Made by a program: the position numbers and the translations under genes. Below the pieces are notes generated by a model. That model saw only the letters and a program-made list of their open reading frames with translations. It had not been told where the DNA came from and searched no databases. Of a DNA stretch of 64,000 bases, positions 17,708-28,243 are shown one piece after another (position 1 is the first letter of the stretch; every line of letters starts with the position of its first letter). The DNA lies in NCBI GenBank assembly GCA_963666515.2, contig OY762897.2:4000001-4064000 (forward strand). The letters run 5' to 3'. The stretch is from Candidatus Binatia bacterium. Its GTDB lineage: Bacteria > Desulfobacterota > Binatia > UBA9968 > JAJDTQ01.

Positions 17708-20272
17708 ATGCAGTCCCCAGCCGATACATCCTCGAATGCCATTACCAGGGACCCCGTGTGCGGGATGGAGGTTTCCCTCTCGGCCGGGAAGCCTTCGCTG
17801 GAACACCTCGGGCACCAGTATCATTTCTGCTGTGAGGGGTGCCTGAAGAAGTTCTCGGCGGCGCCGGACGATTACATCGAGGCCAAGGATCCGGTCTGCG
17901 GCATGACGGTCCAGCGCGCCACCGCGCGGTATATGGTCCGGCACGACGGGGAGCGGTTCTATTTCTGCTCCGGGCACTGCCAAGCGCGCTTCGAGTCCTC
18001 TCCGGAGGAGTTCCTCGGTCCCCGTTCCGAACCTGCGCCGGCGCCGGAGGGCGTCAAGTACACCTGCCCGATGGACCCGGAGATCGTGCGCGACGCTCCG
18101 GGCGACTGCCCGATCTGCGGCATGGCCCTCGAGCCCATGATGCCGTCGGCGGATGCCGGCCCCAATCCGGAGCTGGCTGACTTCAGGCGGCGCCTTTGGG
18201 TCGGCGCGCCGCTCGGTGTCGCCACCCTCGTGCTGGAGATGGGCGGGCATCTCGGGCTGCCCATGGCCGAATGGCTCGGGCCGTGGCTGCACGTCTGGCT
18301 GCAGTTCCTGCTGGCGACCCCGGTGGTGGTGTGGGTGGCGCTGCCGTTCTTCAAGCGCGGCTGGGCTTCGGTGGTGAACCGCAGTCCCAACATGTGGACG
18401 CTGATCGCGCTCGGCGCCGGAGCGTCCTACGCCTTCAGTGTGGCTGCGGTGTTGGCGCCGGCGCTCTTCCCGGAATCGGTGCGCGGGCCGCACGGGCTGC
18501 CGCCGGTCTACTTCGAGGCCGCGGCGATCATTCTCATCCTGGTGCTGGTGGGCCAGATCTTCGAGTTGTCCGCACGCGAGCGCACCGGCGGCGCGATCCG
18601 GGCGCTGCTGGACTTGGCGCCCAAGACCGCGCGGCGGGTGACGGACGCCGGCGACGAGGACGTGCCGCTGGAAGCGGTCAAGGTCGGCGACCGGCTGCTG
18701 GTGCGGCCGGGGGAGAGCGTGCCGGTGGACGGCGTGGTCCTCGACGGCCACTCGGCGGTGGACGAGAGGCTGCTGACCGGCGAGCCGATCCCGGTGGAGA
18801 AGGCGGTGGGCGACCCGGTGACGGGGGGCACCATCAACCAGTCGGGCTCGTTCACCATGCGCGCCGAGGGGGTCGGCGCCGACACGGTGCTGGCGCGCAT
18901 CGTCGACATGGTGGCCGCGGCGCAGCGCAGCCGCGCTCCGGTCCAGGCCCTGGTGGACCGCGTCGCGAGCTGGTTCGTGCCCGCGGTGGTGGTGGTGTCG
19001 CTGATCTCGCTGGTGGTGTGGCTGGCCGTCGGCCCCGCGCCCGCCCTCGCCAACGCCGTGGTGGCGGCCGTGAGCGTCCTCGTCATCGCCTGCCCGTGCG
19101 CCCTCGGGCTCGCCACCCCCATGTCGATCATGGTGGCGACCGGCCGCGGCGCCCAGGCGGGCGTGCTGGTGCGGGATGCCGCGGCGCTGGAGAGCCTCGC
19201 CAGAGTAGACGTGCTGATCGTCGACAAGACCGGCACCCTGACCGAAGGGAAGCCCGAGCTGACCGACGTGATCGCCGCGCCGGCCGCCTTGAGCAGCACT
19301 GCCGCCACCCCGGCCGCCGCGGACATGGACGAGGCGGAGATCCTGTCGTTGGCGGCTTCCCTCGAACGCGGGTCGGAGCACCCGCTGGCGGAGGCGATCC
19401 TCGCCGGCGCCCGGGCGCGGGGCGCCGTGCTCCACGAGACCACCGACTTCGAGGCCGTTCCCGGGAAAGGCGTCCGCGGCCGGGTCGCGGGCCGCGCGGT
19501 GGCCCTCGGCAACTTGGCGCTCATGGGCGAGTCGGGCGCTGTCCTCGGCGAAGTCGCCGGTGCCGCCGAGGGGCCGCAGGCCGGCCAGGAGTCGAGAGCG
19601 AGCGCCATGTCCGCCGGCGAGATTGCGCGCACCGCCGAACGGTTGCAGGAAGCGGGCAAGACCGTGATGTTCGTTGCCGTGGATGGGAAGCTGCGGGGCC
19701 TCGTGGCGGCGGCGGACCGTATCAAACCCACCGCCCGCGAGGCCCTCGGCAGGCTCCGCCGCTCAGGGCTCCGCATCATGATGTTGACCGGAGACAGTCC
19801 CCGGGCAGCCCGCGCGGTGGCCGCCGAACTCGACATCGACGACTGGCGGGCGGAAGCCACGCCGGCGGGCAAGCAGGACATCGTCGCCGAGTTGAAGGCC
19901 GGCGGCGGTCACGTGGCCATGGCGGGCGACGGCATCAACGACGCCCCCGCCCTCGCCGCGGCCGATACCGGCATCGCCATGGGCACCGGCGCGGACGTGG
20001 CCATCAAGAGCGCCGGCGTCACCCTGATGCGCGGCGACTTGAACGGCATCGTGCGCGCGCGGCTGCTGGCGCGCGGCACCTTGAGCAACATCCGGCAGAA
20101 CCTGTTCTTCGCCTTCGTCTACAACGCGGTGGGCGTGACCATCGCGGCCGGCGTCTTCTACCCGATGTTCGGCCTGCTGCTCTCGCCCATGGTCGCCGCC
20201 GCCGCCATGAGCCTGTCGTCGGTGTCCGTGGTGGGAAACGCGCTCCGGCTGAGACGCATCCGGCTCGGGTGA
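17708..20272 (+). CDS. copA: Cu(I)/Ag(I) P1B-type ATPase with two YHS domains and a CPM-x-P metal-binding domain
   Basis: DPVCGM twice, YTCPMDP...[44 protein letters not shown]. Confidence 0.92.
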   Translation: MQSPADTSSNAITRDPVCGMEVSLSAGKPSLEHLGHQYHFCCEGCLKKFSAAPDDYIEAKDPVCGMTVQRATARYMVRHDGERFYFCSGHCQARFESSPEEFLGPRSEPAPAPEGVKYTCPMDPEIVRDAPGDCPICGMALEPMMPSADAGPNPELADFRRRLWVGAPLGVATLVLEMGGHLGLPMAEWLGPWLHVWLQFLLATPVVVWVALPFFKRGWASVVNRSPNMWTLIALGAGASYAFSVAAVLAPALFPESVRGPHGLPPVYFEAAAIILILVLVGQIFELSARERTGGAIRALLDLAPKTARRVTDAGDEDVPLEAVKVGDRLLVRPGESVPVDGVVLDGHSAVDERLLTGEPIPVEKAVGDPVTGGTINQSGSFTMRAEGVGADTVLARIVDMVAAAQRSRAPVQALVDRVASWFVPAVVVVSLISLVVWLAVGPAPALANAVVAAVSVLVIACPCALGLATPMSIMVATGRGAQAGVLVRDAAALESLARVDVLIVDKTGTLTEGKPELTDVIAAPAALSSTAATPAAADMDEAEILSLAASLERGSEHPLAEAILAGARARGAVLHETTDFEAVPGKGVRGRVAGRAVALGNLALMGESGAVLGEVAGAAEGPQAGQESRASAMSAGEIARTAERLQEAGKTVMFVAVDGKLRGLVAAADRIKPTAREALGRLRRSGLRIMMLTGDSPRAARAVAAELDIDDWRAEATPAGKQDIVAELKAGGGHVAMAGDGINDAPALAAADTGIAMGTGADVAIKSAGVTLMRGDLNGIVRARLLARGTLSNIRQNLFFAFVYNAVGVTIAAGVFYPMFGLLLSPMVAAAAMSLSSVSVVGNALRLRRIRLG

Positions 20273-20305
20273 ACTACGGAATCGGCCAGTGGCTTGGCCG
20301 TCCTG

Positions 20306-20478
20306 CTAGGAGGCCGTCCGAGAAATGGCGTCCTTCGACTTCGCTCCGCAAAGCCTGTCCTGAGCCGGTCGAAGGGCTCAGGACGAACGGTTATGTTTGT
20401 TTCTCCGTTCGTCCTGAGCGTAGCGACGCGAAGCGTCACGAAGTCGAAGGACGGTCGATTACTCGGACAGGCTGCTAG
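20306..20478. mobile_element. MITE-like element flanked by CTAG, containing a long palindromic repeat (family A, 20329-20453)
   Basis: CTAG-GAGGCCGTCCGAGAAA ... TTACTCGGACAGGCTG-CTAG imperfect terminal inverted repeats; inner IR CGTCCTTCGACTTCG/CGAAGTCGAAGGACG. Confidence 0.6.
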
Positions 20479-21626
20479 GTCAGGAGGCCTCGATCCGGCA
20501 CGATACCGTCCAGGAACTCCTGCGCCGGTAGACACCAGATGCCGTCGATCCGCAAGCGTTCCCGGCCGCGATAGAGCAACGCGGCCTCTGCCTCGGGGTA
20601 GTCCTTGCAAAATGCTCTCAGCGCGCGCAGGTCGCTGGAACGTACCTTGCCGGTGTTCTTGACCTCGAACGCCTGGAGCCCCGTTTCGCCGTAGACCACG
20701 AAGTCGACTTCGGTCCCGCCGCGAGTGCGCCAGAAGAATACCTCCACGCCGTGCCTGGAATACGCGGCCCACGCGCGAAGATGCTGGGCCACCAACCCTT
20801 CCAGCGCTTGGCCGTCTATCTCTTCAGGCCGGTCCAAGGGTCCCTTGGGACGCAACGAGCGAAACACCCCGGCGTCGAACAGGTAGATCTTCTCGTGGGT
20901 CACGGTGGCGCGCTTGGCGCGTTTGCGAAAGACGGGCAGCCGGAAGGCCAGGAGAAGGTCCTCCAGGATGGCGACATAGCCGGCGACGACCTTGCGCTCC
21001 ACTTCACATTCCCTGGCCACCGCCGTGACGTTGAGTTGGGCGCCGTGGGAGAAGCTGACCGCTTCCAGGAATCGGGTAAAATTACCGACGTTCCGCGTCA
21101 GCCCTTCGGCCCGCACTTCCTGTTCGAGATACAGGCTCGCGTAAGCGCCCAGGACGTCCGTGGGGTCGGCGGACGCCATGACCAGCGGCAGCAACCCCGT
21201 TTCCAGTGTTCGTGCGAGATCGAAATCGGGCAACTCCGCGGCCATGAACGGATGCATGGTGCGGTGCACGGCCCGTCCCCCCAGGAGGTCCACGCCCCCG
21301 CGCCGAAGCTTCCGGGCGCTGGATCCGGTCAGAATGAAGCGTGGAGGCGAAGGCTCCTCCAACAACGCGTGGACCACGGTCAACAACTCCGGGATCCGCT
21401 GGATCTCGTCGATGACCACCGTGCCCGTTTGTGGCGAGCCGGCGATCAGTTCCCGGAGGCGCTCGGGGCGGGCATCCAGGCTGCGATGCAGGGCGGGTTC
21501 GAGCAGGTCCAGGAACAGGGCGTCCGGGAGTCGGTCGCGCAACCACGTGGACTTCCCTGTCCCGCGGGGACCGAACAGGAAACAACTCTGGTCCGGAATA
21601 TCGAAAAAACGACTTACTAATTCCAT
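20475..21626 (-). CDS. AAA_14 ATPase plus DUF4143 protein
   Basis: FGPRGTGKST, IDEIQ, LTGSSARKL, YLFDAG, LEGLVAQ, EVDFV...FEVK. Confidence 0.9.
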   Translation of the reverse strand: MELVSRFFDIPDQSCFLFGPRGTGKSTWLRDRLPDALFLDLLEPALHRSLDARPERLRELIAGSPQTGTVVIDEIQRIPELLTVVHALLEEPSPPRFILTGSSARKLRRGGVDLLGGRAVHRTMHPFMAAELPDFDLARTLETGLLPLVMASADPTDVLGAYASLYLEQEVRAEGLTRNVGNFTRFLEAVSFSHGAQLNVTAVARECEVERKVVAGYVAILEDLLLAFRLPVFRKRAKRATVTHEKIYLFDAGVFRSLRPKGPLDRPEEIDGQALEGLVAQHLRAWAAYSRHGVEVFFWRTRGGTEVDFVVYGETGLQAFEVKNTGKVRSSDLRALRAFCKDYPEAEAALLYRGRERLRIDGIWCLPAQEFLDGIVPDRGLLT

Positions 21627-21691
21627 TTTGCGTCCAAAATTGGAAATATAATATCCAATTTGGCGCAATTGGAACTGGAAGGCAAACGGCC

Positions 21692-21732
21692 AGGGCGACC
21701 GCGGGTCACCCCTACATGGGGTTCATCGCTGG
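21692..21732 (-). repeat. GTAG-type REP (family B) with conserved flank
   Basis: Reverse complement CGATGAACCCCATGTAGGGGTGACCCGCGGTCGCCCT nearly identical to 33270-33306. Confidence 0.75.
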
Positions 21733-21777
21733 CGCATACTCGGACGGGCTCCTGGCGGGAGCGAGTTGGGTGCGCCG

Positions 21778-23088
21778 TCACACCTCGTAGTACCCGTTCA
21801 TGATGGCGTCGTGCCAGACCTTGGTGATCACCGGGCAGACGCCCAAGGGCAGGCCGTCCTCGGTCCTCCAGTAGGAATGGATGCCGGTGCCGATCTCGAC
21901 CACGCGGACCTTGGGGGCCGGGTTCATGGCCGCGTACTCGGCCTTGACGATGTTGTTGTACTTGGGGGGCGTGTGGTCCCGGCTGAACTTGTTGATGCCG
22001 TAGAGGAGCGGCGGGATGGGTTTGCCGGGCAGCGGCCGGCCGTAGCTCAGGTAGCGGTCCACCAGCGCCTGGGTCTCCTCGGCGTTCATCTTCATGCGCT
22101 CGGCCGTGACCTTGGCGGCCTCGGTGAGGCAGGGGTGGCTGTCGCTGTGGAGCCAGTTCTCGGCCTTGAACTGCGGGAAGCGCTTGACCCGCTGCCACAT
22201 CTCGAAGACCTCCTCCATCAGCCACGCCAGCCGGAACAGCGGCTTCTCGCCTTCCTGCATGGCCACCTCCGCGCCGGTGTAGCGCGCCAGCTCGCGCCAG
22301 GTGCGGATGAGCACGTGGTCGAAGGGGGTCGGCCAGTCGTGGCCGCTCATCTTGCGGAAGATGTAGGCGAAGGGCGAGTTCTCGATGCCGATGAGCCCCT
22401 TGCCGTTCTCGATGCGTTGCAGCAGGGTGTGGCTGAAGGGGCCGCCGGTGGAGTGGCCGTGGGTGAACACCGAATACTCGCCCACCGGAAGGTGCCGGCG
22501 GCAGATGTCCAGCATCCCTTCCTCGAAGGCCACCGGCCAGGCCGCCATCCGGTAGTAGAAGTTGCTGTCCTTCTTGGCCCGGGCGTACGATCGGGAGCCG
22601 TAGATCTCGCGCAGGGAGGCGTCGTTGACCACCTCGTACTCGTCCCGGCCGATGAACTCGCCGTCCAGCCAGATAGGGGTACGGACGCTGCCGTCTTCGT
22701 GGATGGTGTCGTCGGGCCAGTCGCGGCTGGGGTCCGGGAGATAGAGGCGGCCGGGGTAGGTCATGCTGCACACCTTGTAGCCGCGCTTCCCGGCGAAACA
22801 CTGCGCCAGCCGCTCGATGGAGCGCCAGTCGCTGGCGCCGCCGTGGGTCATGAAGATGCCGAGCTTGTTGCCGTCCGGGCCGGTGGGGATCTTGGCCGGG
22901 TCCTCGGGCTCGTACACCATGCAGCCGATGTCCCAGTCCATGCCGTTGGCGTGGATGCGGAAGACGTCCTCGGTCTCGGTGTAGGGAATGTCCGGCTCCG
23001 CGAGGATGCCGTCGGATATCTTGACCAACTCCTCCTTGGAGAGGCTGGCGGGCGGTTCCCAGCTATCGGCGGTCTGCGTCTTGGCCAT
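21778..23088 (-). CDS. Hypothetical protein, probable alpha/beta-hydrolase fold
   Basis: Host-like codon usage, GGGAG RBS, THGG and GHSTGG nucleophile-elbow-like motifs. Confidence 0.6.
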   Translation of the reverse strand: MAKTQTADSWEPPASLSKEELVKISDGILAEPDIPYTETEDVFRIHANGMDWDIGCMVYEPEDPAKIPTGPDGNKLGIFMTHGGASDWRSIERLAQCFAGKRGYKVCSMTYPGRLYLPDPSRDWPDDTIHEDGSVRTPIWLDGEFIGRDEYEVVNDASLREIYGSRSYARAKKDSNFYYRMAAWPVAFEEGMLDICRRHLPVGEYSVFTHGHSTGGPFSHTLLQRIENGKGLIGIENSPFAYIFRKMSGHDWPTPFDHVLIRTWRELARYTGAEVAMQEGEKPLFRLAWLMEEVFEMWQRVKRFPQFKAENWLHSDSHPCLTEAAKVTAERMKMNAEETQALVDRYLSYGRPLPGKPIPPLLYGINKFSRDHTPPKYNNIVKAEYAAMNPAPKVRVVEIGTGIHSYWRTEDGLPLGVCPVITKVWHDAIMNGYYEV

Positions 23089-23223
23089 GGCGAGTCTCCC
23101 TTGCGCGTGATGGATGGTGTTCGGATGCGTGGACTCTAACACGCCTTGGGACGGCGGACCACATGCCGTGAGGCCCGCGCCCCCGCTTGCGGCAGTGCGC
23201 GCCGTTCGCGTATCAACGACACC

Positions 23224-24237
23224 ATGCAACCGCGACTGACCCTTTCCTGTGGCGAATACAAGCGTACGCGTCCGTTGCTGGACGGGCGCGTGACCGTGGC
23301 AGGCTACGACATCGAGACCGTCCCCGACCCGTTGCCGCCCACGGGGATTCTGGGCGACTACCAGTACCCGCGCACCCTGCGGATGCTGGACGAGAAGGCC
23401 TTCGACATCTGCGAGATGGGCATGGCGCCGCTGGTGACCGCGCTGTCCCAGGGCTTTCCGCTCGTGGCCATTCCGGTCTTTCACTACCGCCGCTTCCGGC
23501 ACCGTTACATCTTCTGCCGCGGCGCGGCGGGCATCGAAACGCCCGCCGACCTCGCCGGGCGGCGTGTCGGCGTGCGCCGCATCAACCAGAGCGCCGCCGT
23601 GTGGGCGCGGGCGCTGCTGCAGCACGACTACGGCGTTGACCTGAAGGACATCACCTGGGTGGTGACCCTGGACGTGCCGCTGCGTGACGCGGTGCGCAAC
23701 GAATTGGACATGGAGGTTGCGCGTCCGGGAGAGAGCCTGGAGGAATTGCTGGTGCGGGGCGACATCGACGCCATGATCGAGGCCTCCAATCTGAGCCCGG
23801 CAGGGCGCGAGGCCGCCGGTGTTCGCCTGCTGCTGGGCGAGGACATGCGCCAGCTCGAAGCGGACTACTACGCCCGCACCGGCTTCTTCCCCATCATGCA
23901 CACCATCGCGCTGTGGCGGGACGTGGCCGAGCAGCACGAGGACCTGTGCCAGGCGCTCTACGGCGCGTTCGTCGAGGCCAGGGCCGCGGGCAACCGCGGC
24001 GGCGAGCCACGGTCACGGTACGTCCTGGCGACGGAGGAGGAAGAGTGGTGGGAGTCGCTGACTCCGGAGCAGACGGAGATTCTGTGCGGCGGCCCCGGGC
24101 TCCCGCGGGACCCCTGGATATACTCCCTCGACGACGACGGCAAAACCGTGGAGGCGTTCCTGGACTACGCCTACGAGCAGGGCCTCACGCCGGAGCGGTA
24201 TCGGACGGAAGATATGTTCGTTGCGCTGAGGAGATAG
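23224..24237 (+). CDS. 4,5-dihydroxyphthalate decarboxylase-like / PBP2-fold protein
   Basis: LTLSCGEYKRTRPLLDGRV, FDICEMG, AIPVF..RRFRH, YYARTGFFPIMH, YAYEQGL. Confidence 0.75.
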   Translation: MQPRLTLSCGEYKRTRPLLDGRVTVAGYDIETVPDPLPPTGILGDYQYPRTLRMLDEKAFDICEMGMAPLVTALSQGFPLVAIPVFHYRRFRHRYIFCRGAAGIETPADLAGRRVGVRRINQSAAVWARALLQHDYGVDLKDITWVVTLDVPLRDAVRNELDMEVARPGESLEELLVRGDIDAMIEASNLSPAGREAAGVRLLLGEDMRQLEADYYARTGFFPIMHTIALWRDVAEQHEDLCQALYGAFVEARAAGNRGGEPRSRYVLATEEEEWWESLTPEQTEILCGGPGLPRDPWIYSLDDDGKTVEAFLDYAYEQGLTPERYRTEDMFVALRR

Positions 24238-24265
24238 GGGTGGTGCGGTCCTGACAGGTCGAAAC

Positions 24266-24292
24266 CGTCATTCCGGCGAAAGCCGGAATCCA
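24266..24292 (+). repeat. CGTC-type REP palindrome (family C)
   Basis: CGTCATTCCGGCGAAAGCCGGAATCCA between convergent genes. Confidence 0.75.
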
Positions 24293-24315
24293 GGAGGGCG
24301 CGGGGTGGAAGGAGG

Positions 24316-24792
24316 CTAGGCCCCCGGCTCCCACTCGATGGTGTCCCCTACCCGGATCGTGCCTTCGTTCAGCACTTGGGCGCGCAGACCGCCCCGGTGA
24401 ACCAGCCCCTGCAGCACGTTCTTGCCCGTGAGCTTCACGAGGTTGGCGCACGGCTCGCACACCCGCAGCCCGCGCATCCGCACTTCGCCCACGGAGAACT
24501 CCCGTCCCTGCACCAAGTGGTTCAAGGGGACCCCGCGCGTGGTGATGTTGCGGCGGCTGTCCTTGGGGTCCAGTGTGGTGCCGTAGTCCCGCTCCATGCC
24601 CTCGATGGCTTCCGCCTCGATGAGCGTTACCTCGCGGTCCGGACCCGGATTGTGCGAGTAGCTGCCCACCTGGTTGCAGTAGCGGTCGCCCTCAAGCCCC
24701 TGGTCGACCACCGCCCGGACTTCCTGAAGGCTCTCCATGTCGCCCTTGGCGTCCTTCGCGATCTGTATCGAGACAACCGATCCTTTGGCCAT
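24316..24792 (-). CDS. MOSC domain protein
   Basis: GLEGDRY, REVTLIE, RRNITTRG, CEPC, RGGLRA...GTIRVGD; GGAGG RBS. Confidence 0.88.
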   Translation of the reverse strand: MAKGSVVSIQIAKDAKGDMESLQEVRAVVDQGLEGDRYCNQVGSYSHNPGPDREVTLIEAEAIEGMERDYGTTLDPKDSRRNITTRGVPLNHLVQGREFSVGEVRMRGLRVCEPCANLVKLTGKNVLQGLVHRGGLRAQVLNEGTIRVGDTIEWEPGA

Positions 24793-25087
24793 ATTACCTC
24801 CCTTTAAGGGGGAACTATATCGAATTATATCGAATAGTGCACCATCAGGAAACAACTGAACAGCTCAGACGGGATGAGAGTTTTCGGCATTCCTTGGCGG
24901 GATCGTCGGCGGTCGGAATGGCTAGGCTCCGGCGAATTCTAGCGGTGCCAAGAGGTAATTTGCTCTCCCATTGGATTTACTGAGGGTTCTCTATACATTT
25001 GGATTGGTGGCGAGAACTTTGTCTCTCTTCACACCGATAAACTCCAACTATTGGCCGTCGTTGATGGCAGCCCTCTGAGGATCGAGG

Positions 25088-28000
25088 ATGGAAGTCCCCA
25101 AAGATCTACGCTTCATCTCGCTGAAGTACGCCGGACGTTGCCGATCGTGCGCAACGAGGCTGGAAGCGGGCGAGCGTGCCCATTGGTCACTATCGTCGAA
25201 AAAGGTCTGGTGTATTGACTGCGTAGATGGTGGAGGTGCCTCGGTCCAAGTCGCATCGGACAGAGTAGCAGACGGTTCGCGGGATACGGCTACGAAGGCA
25301 AGTCCCGGCAGTTCGAGCGCGTTAAAGCAGGTTGCCAGCAGCACGCAAACTCCTTGGCAGCAACTGTGTAACTATGCTCAACGGTGCATTGAATCAGAAG
25401 CAGCGAAATCGCTGGTCCCGTACGCCAAAGAGAACTCTCTGTGGTTCTTGCACCTGGGGGAGGAGAAACTGGTGGTTGGGCAATGCGATTCGACACCGGC
25501 GCCCGGAGGACTCCGTGACCAACTGAGATCCCGCATGCGGTCGATCATCTACGGGTGGCCGACTGTCGTAGTAACCGACCGCGATCATACACCCAAGGTT
25601 GCCCCTCTCTTTGCTGTCCAGATCGAAGTGGAATCAGGTCCCAACGACCAGTGGGAACTTCACGCTACCATGGAGCCGGAGTTCAACCTGGCCATCACGG
25701 CGAGCGGTATCTTCGACCCTTCGATCACCGAAGACGTCAGCGACCTGTTGAGTCACGGCTTGCCGTTCGGAGATGCCGACGCTTTTGGCGTCCTCGCCAA
25801 ACAAACTGCTGACCTGCTCGGTCTCGCGATCTTGTCGCCTCTCAAGGCCAGACTCCTCGAAACGAGGATAGGTCGCAAACAAGGCGTCTACAACGCCGCG
25901 ATTTCGGTCGTCGCCGAGTGGTCTGGGTACACCAGCACCCTTCGTGAGGAACTGCGACAACTGCAGGCCCGCGAAGACTGGTCGTCCACGGCTGCCGCCT
26001 GTCTTCTCCTCGACGGGTCCGCGCAGAACCGAAACGAGCGACCTTTGCCCGGACCTCTTGCAGCTCCACTTATATGCAACCAATCACAGGAGGAAACACT
26101 CGAGCGTCTCCGCAGAGCACCACTGACGGTCGTGACCGGCCCGCCTGGGACAGGCAAGACGCAGTTGGTAGTGAACGCGGTTACGAACGCGTGGCTGGAC
26201 GGCGACAAGGTCCTGGTGACCTCGACCAACAATGGTGCGGTTGATGTAGCCGTCGACCGCGCGGAAAGGGATGTGAGTAGCGGTTTGTTGGTCCGCACCG
26301 GCAATCACGGCGTGCGCGAGCAGGTTCCGGACCGCATTGTCGCTGCGTTGGTTCAAGCGGCAACGCACCTCAGCAACCAAGCTGGAGCGCGCGGCCGGTT
26401 GAAACAGGTCGCCACTGGGCGCGCCCAGTTGAGGGAGCAATTGGCGCGGTTGGACGAACTGGATGTGAAACTGCTTCAGGCGGCCGAGGAACAGGAGGAA
26501 CTCAGGCAAGCGTTGAAGGAGGCTGCGCGAGCACTCTGGCCTGACGCGCGTCCTCTTGAACTGCCCATCAGTTCCCACGCAATAGAGCGACGAGCCAGAC
26601 GGTTGTTGCGGACGTGGCTGTTCCGTGGATTTCGCGCGCGACGCTTTCGCAGGCGACTCGGTTGCCTCAAGAACGCTCCATTGGAGCAACTGGTCACTTG
26701 GGCTCGAATTGAGCAACGCATAAGAGAGCTGTCCTCCCAATTGGAAATGGGACGGGCTGAATATAAACAACTGAAGTCCGCGGTGGGCGACCCGGCGACC
26801 AGCTTGCGCGAAGCAGACCAGAAATGGGCAGATGCAAGCCTCTACGCAGTTCGCGCGGACACGGCGACGCGAATCTCCTCTGGAGGTGACCGTCTCGCGG
26901 TTTTCGGCGCAATCCCTGCCAACAGCGATCGTTTTAGACGGGCAATAGGCAATTCGTTTCACCACTTGCGAGGCTGGGCGTGCACTGCATTGACGGCGCA
27001 TTCCAACTTTCCCATGGAGGCGGGGCTGTTTGACCTGGTGATCGTCGACGAGGCCAGTCAGTGTAGCCTCGCGGCCGTGCTGCCGTTGGCCTACCGCGCA
27101 AAACGTTTGGCGGTCGTGGGAGATCCACACCAATTAAATCCGATCGTTCCCCTGAGCGATGGGCTCTTAAAGGAGATCGCCACACAAACGGGATTCGACA
27201 ACGACGATCTGCGTGAGCGCGGCATCCACCACAAAGACGGTTCGGCCTATTCCGCCTTCGAGTTTGCCGCAAGACCGCAAACACCAGTTCTTCTCAACGA
27301 GCACTACCGCTGCCACCCACACATCGCTCGTTGGTTCAACAAGACGTTCTACAAGGGTGAACTCACCGTACTGACGGACGTCTCCGATACATTCCAGCGT
27401 GATCGTGCCATTTACTGGTACGATGTTGACGGCGCAGTAATACGGCCTGCTACTGGAAGTTGGCTGAATCGTGCAGAGGCGGAGCAAACAGTAGAACAGA
27501 TTCGTGGGTTGATCGAATCCGGTTACAAGACCGTCGGGGTGGTAACTCCGTTCACAGCGCAGGCGCGACTCATCGACCAACTCGCCAAGAGACAATTCGG
27601 TGAGGATGTCCTGGAGGACCTGGATTTTGTAAGCGGGACGGCGCACCGCCTACAGGGGGACGAGCGCGATGCAATTGTTCTTTCTTCCGTGCTCTCTCCT
27701 GGGATGTCCAAGAGCGGCGCCCGTTGGATAGAGAAAGAGAGAAACCTCCTGAACGTGGCTGTCAGCCGCGCCCGGCGAGCGCTAATCGTTGTCGGTCACC
27801 CGTTTATGGGAGATTTGGGGAGCCCAACTCTGGCCTCCCTACGTAGTTATCTGCGCGTTGAGGTCGCCCGAAACGACAGCGCTGGTTCGCCGGCTGCCGA
27901 GTTCCGCACGGACAGCATGTCTGAGAAACTCCTGCTCGACGCCATGCAACTCGGGAACTTCCTGCCCTACGCCAAGACCGAGGTAGAGGGGTACGAGTTG

Positions 28001-28231
28001 GACTTCGCGCTGCTGGAACGAGGGATCAAGCTCAACATCGAGGTTGACGGTGATCAGCACATTGACGCCAGAGGTCGACAACGGCGCAAGGACATTACAC
28101 GAGATCGGGTCCTGGCAAAACTCGGTTGGACAGTTGTACGGATACCGGCATGGCGATGCCATGAGGAGATTGACTCAGTGATCGATGAGATCAGGAGAAC
28201 GCGGGACCGATTGCTTAACGCAACCTCTTGA
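25088..28231 (+). CDS. Zn-ribbon plus SF1 (DNA2/NAM7-like) helicase plus Vsr/DUF559 nuclease
   Basis: CRSC...CIDC; GPPGTGKT, DEASQ, GDPHQL, HYRC, TAHRLQGDE, NVAVSRAR; YELDFAL..IEVDGDQH..RDRVLAKLGWTVVRI. Confidence 0.85.
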   Translation: MEVPKDLRFISLKYAGRCRSCATRLEAGERAHWSLSSKKVWCIDCVDGGGASVQVASDRVADGSRDTATKASPGSSSALKQVASSTQTPWQQLCNYAQRCIESEAAKSLVPYAKENSLWFLHLGEEKLVVGQCDSTPAPGGLRDQLRSRMRSIIYGWPTVVVTDRDHTPKVAPLFAVQIEVESGPNDQWELHATMEPEFNLAITASGIFDPSITEDVSDLLSHGLPFGDADAFGVLAKQTADLLGLAILSPLKARLLETRIGRKQGVYNAAISVVAEWSGYTSTLREELRQLQAREDWSSTAAACLLLDGSAQNRNERPLPGPLAAPLICNQSQEETLERLRRAPLTVVTGPPGTGKTQLVVNAVTNAWLDGDKVLVTSTNNGAVDVAVDRAERDVSSGLLVRTGNHGVREQVPDRIVAALVQAATHLSNQAGARGRLKQVATGRAQLREQLARLDELDVKLLQAAEEQEELRQALKEAARALWPDARPLELPISSHAIERRARRLLRTWLFRGFRARRFRRRLGCLKNAPLEQLVTWARIEQRIRELSSQLEMGRAEYKQLKSAVGDPATSLREADQKWADASLYAVRADTATRISSGGDRLAVFGAIPANSDRFRRAIGNSFHHLRGWACTALTAHSNFPMEAGLFDLVIVDEASQCSLAAVLPLAYRAKRLAVVGDPHQLNPIVPLSDGLLKEIATQTGFDNDDLRERGIHHKDGSAYSAFEFAARPQTPVLLNEHYRCHPHIARWFNKTFYKGELTVLTDVSDTFQRDRAIYWYDVDGAVIRPATGSWLNRAEAEQTVEQIRGLIESGYKTVGVVTPFTAQARLIDQLAKRQFGEDVLEDLDFVSGTAHRLQGDERDAIVLSSVLSPGMSKSGARWIEKERNLLNVAVSRARRALIVVGHPFMGDLGSPTLASLRSYLRVEVARNDSAGSPAAEFRTDSMSEKLLLDAMQLGNFLPYAKTEVEGYELDFALLERGIKLNIEVDGDQHIDARGRQRRKDITRDRVLAKLGWTVVRIPAWRCHEEIDSVIDEIRRTRDRLLNATS

Positions 28232-28243
28232 TGGACGCTTTGA

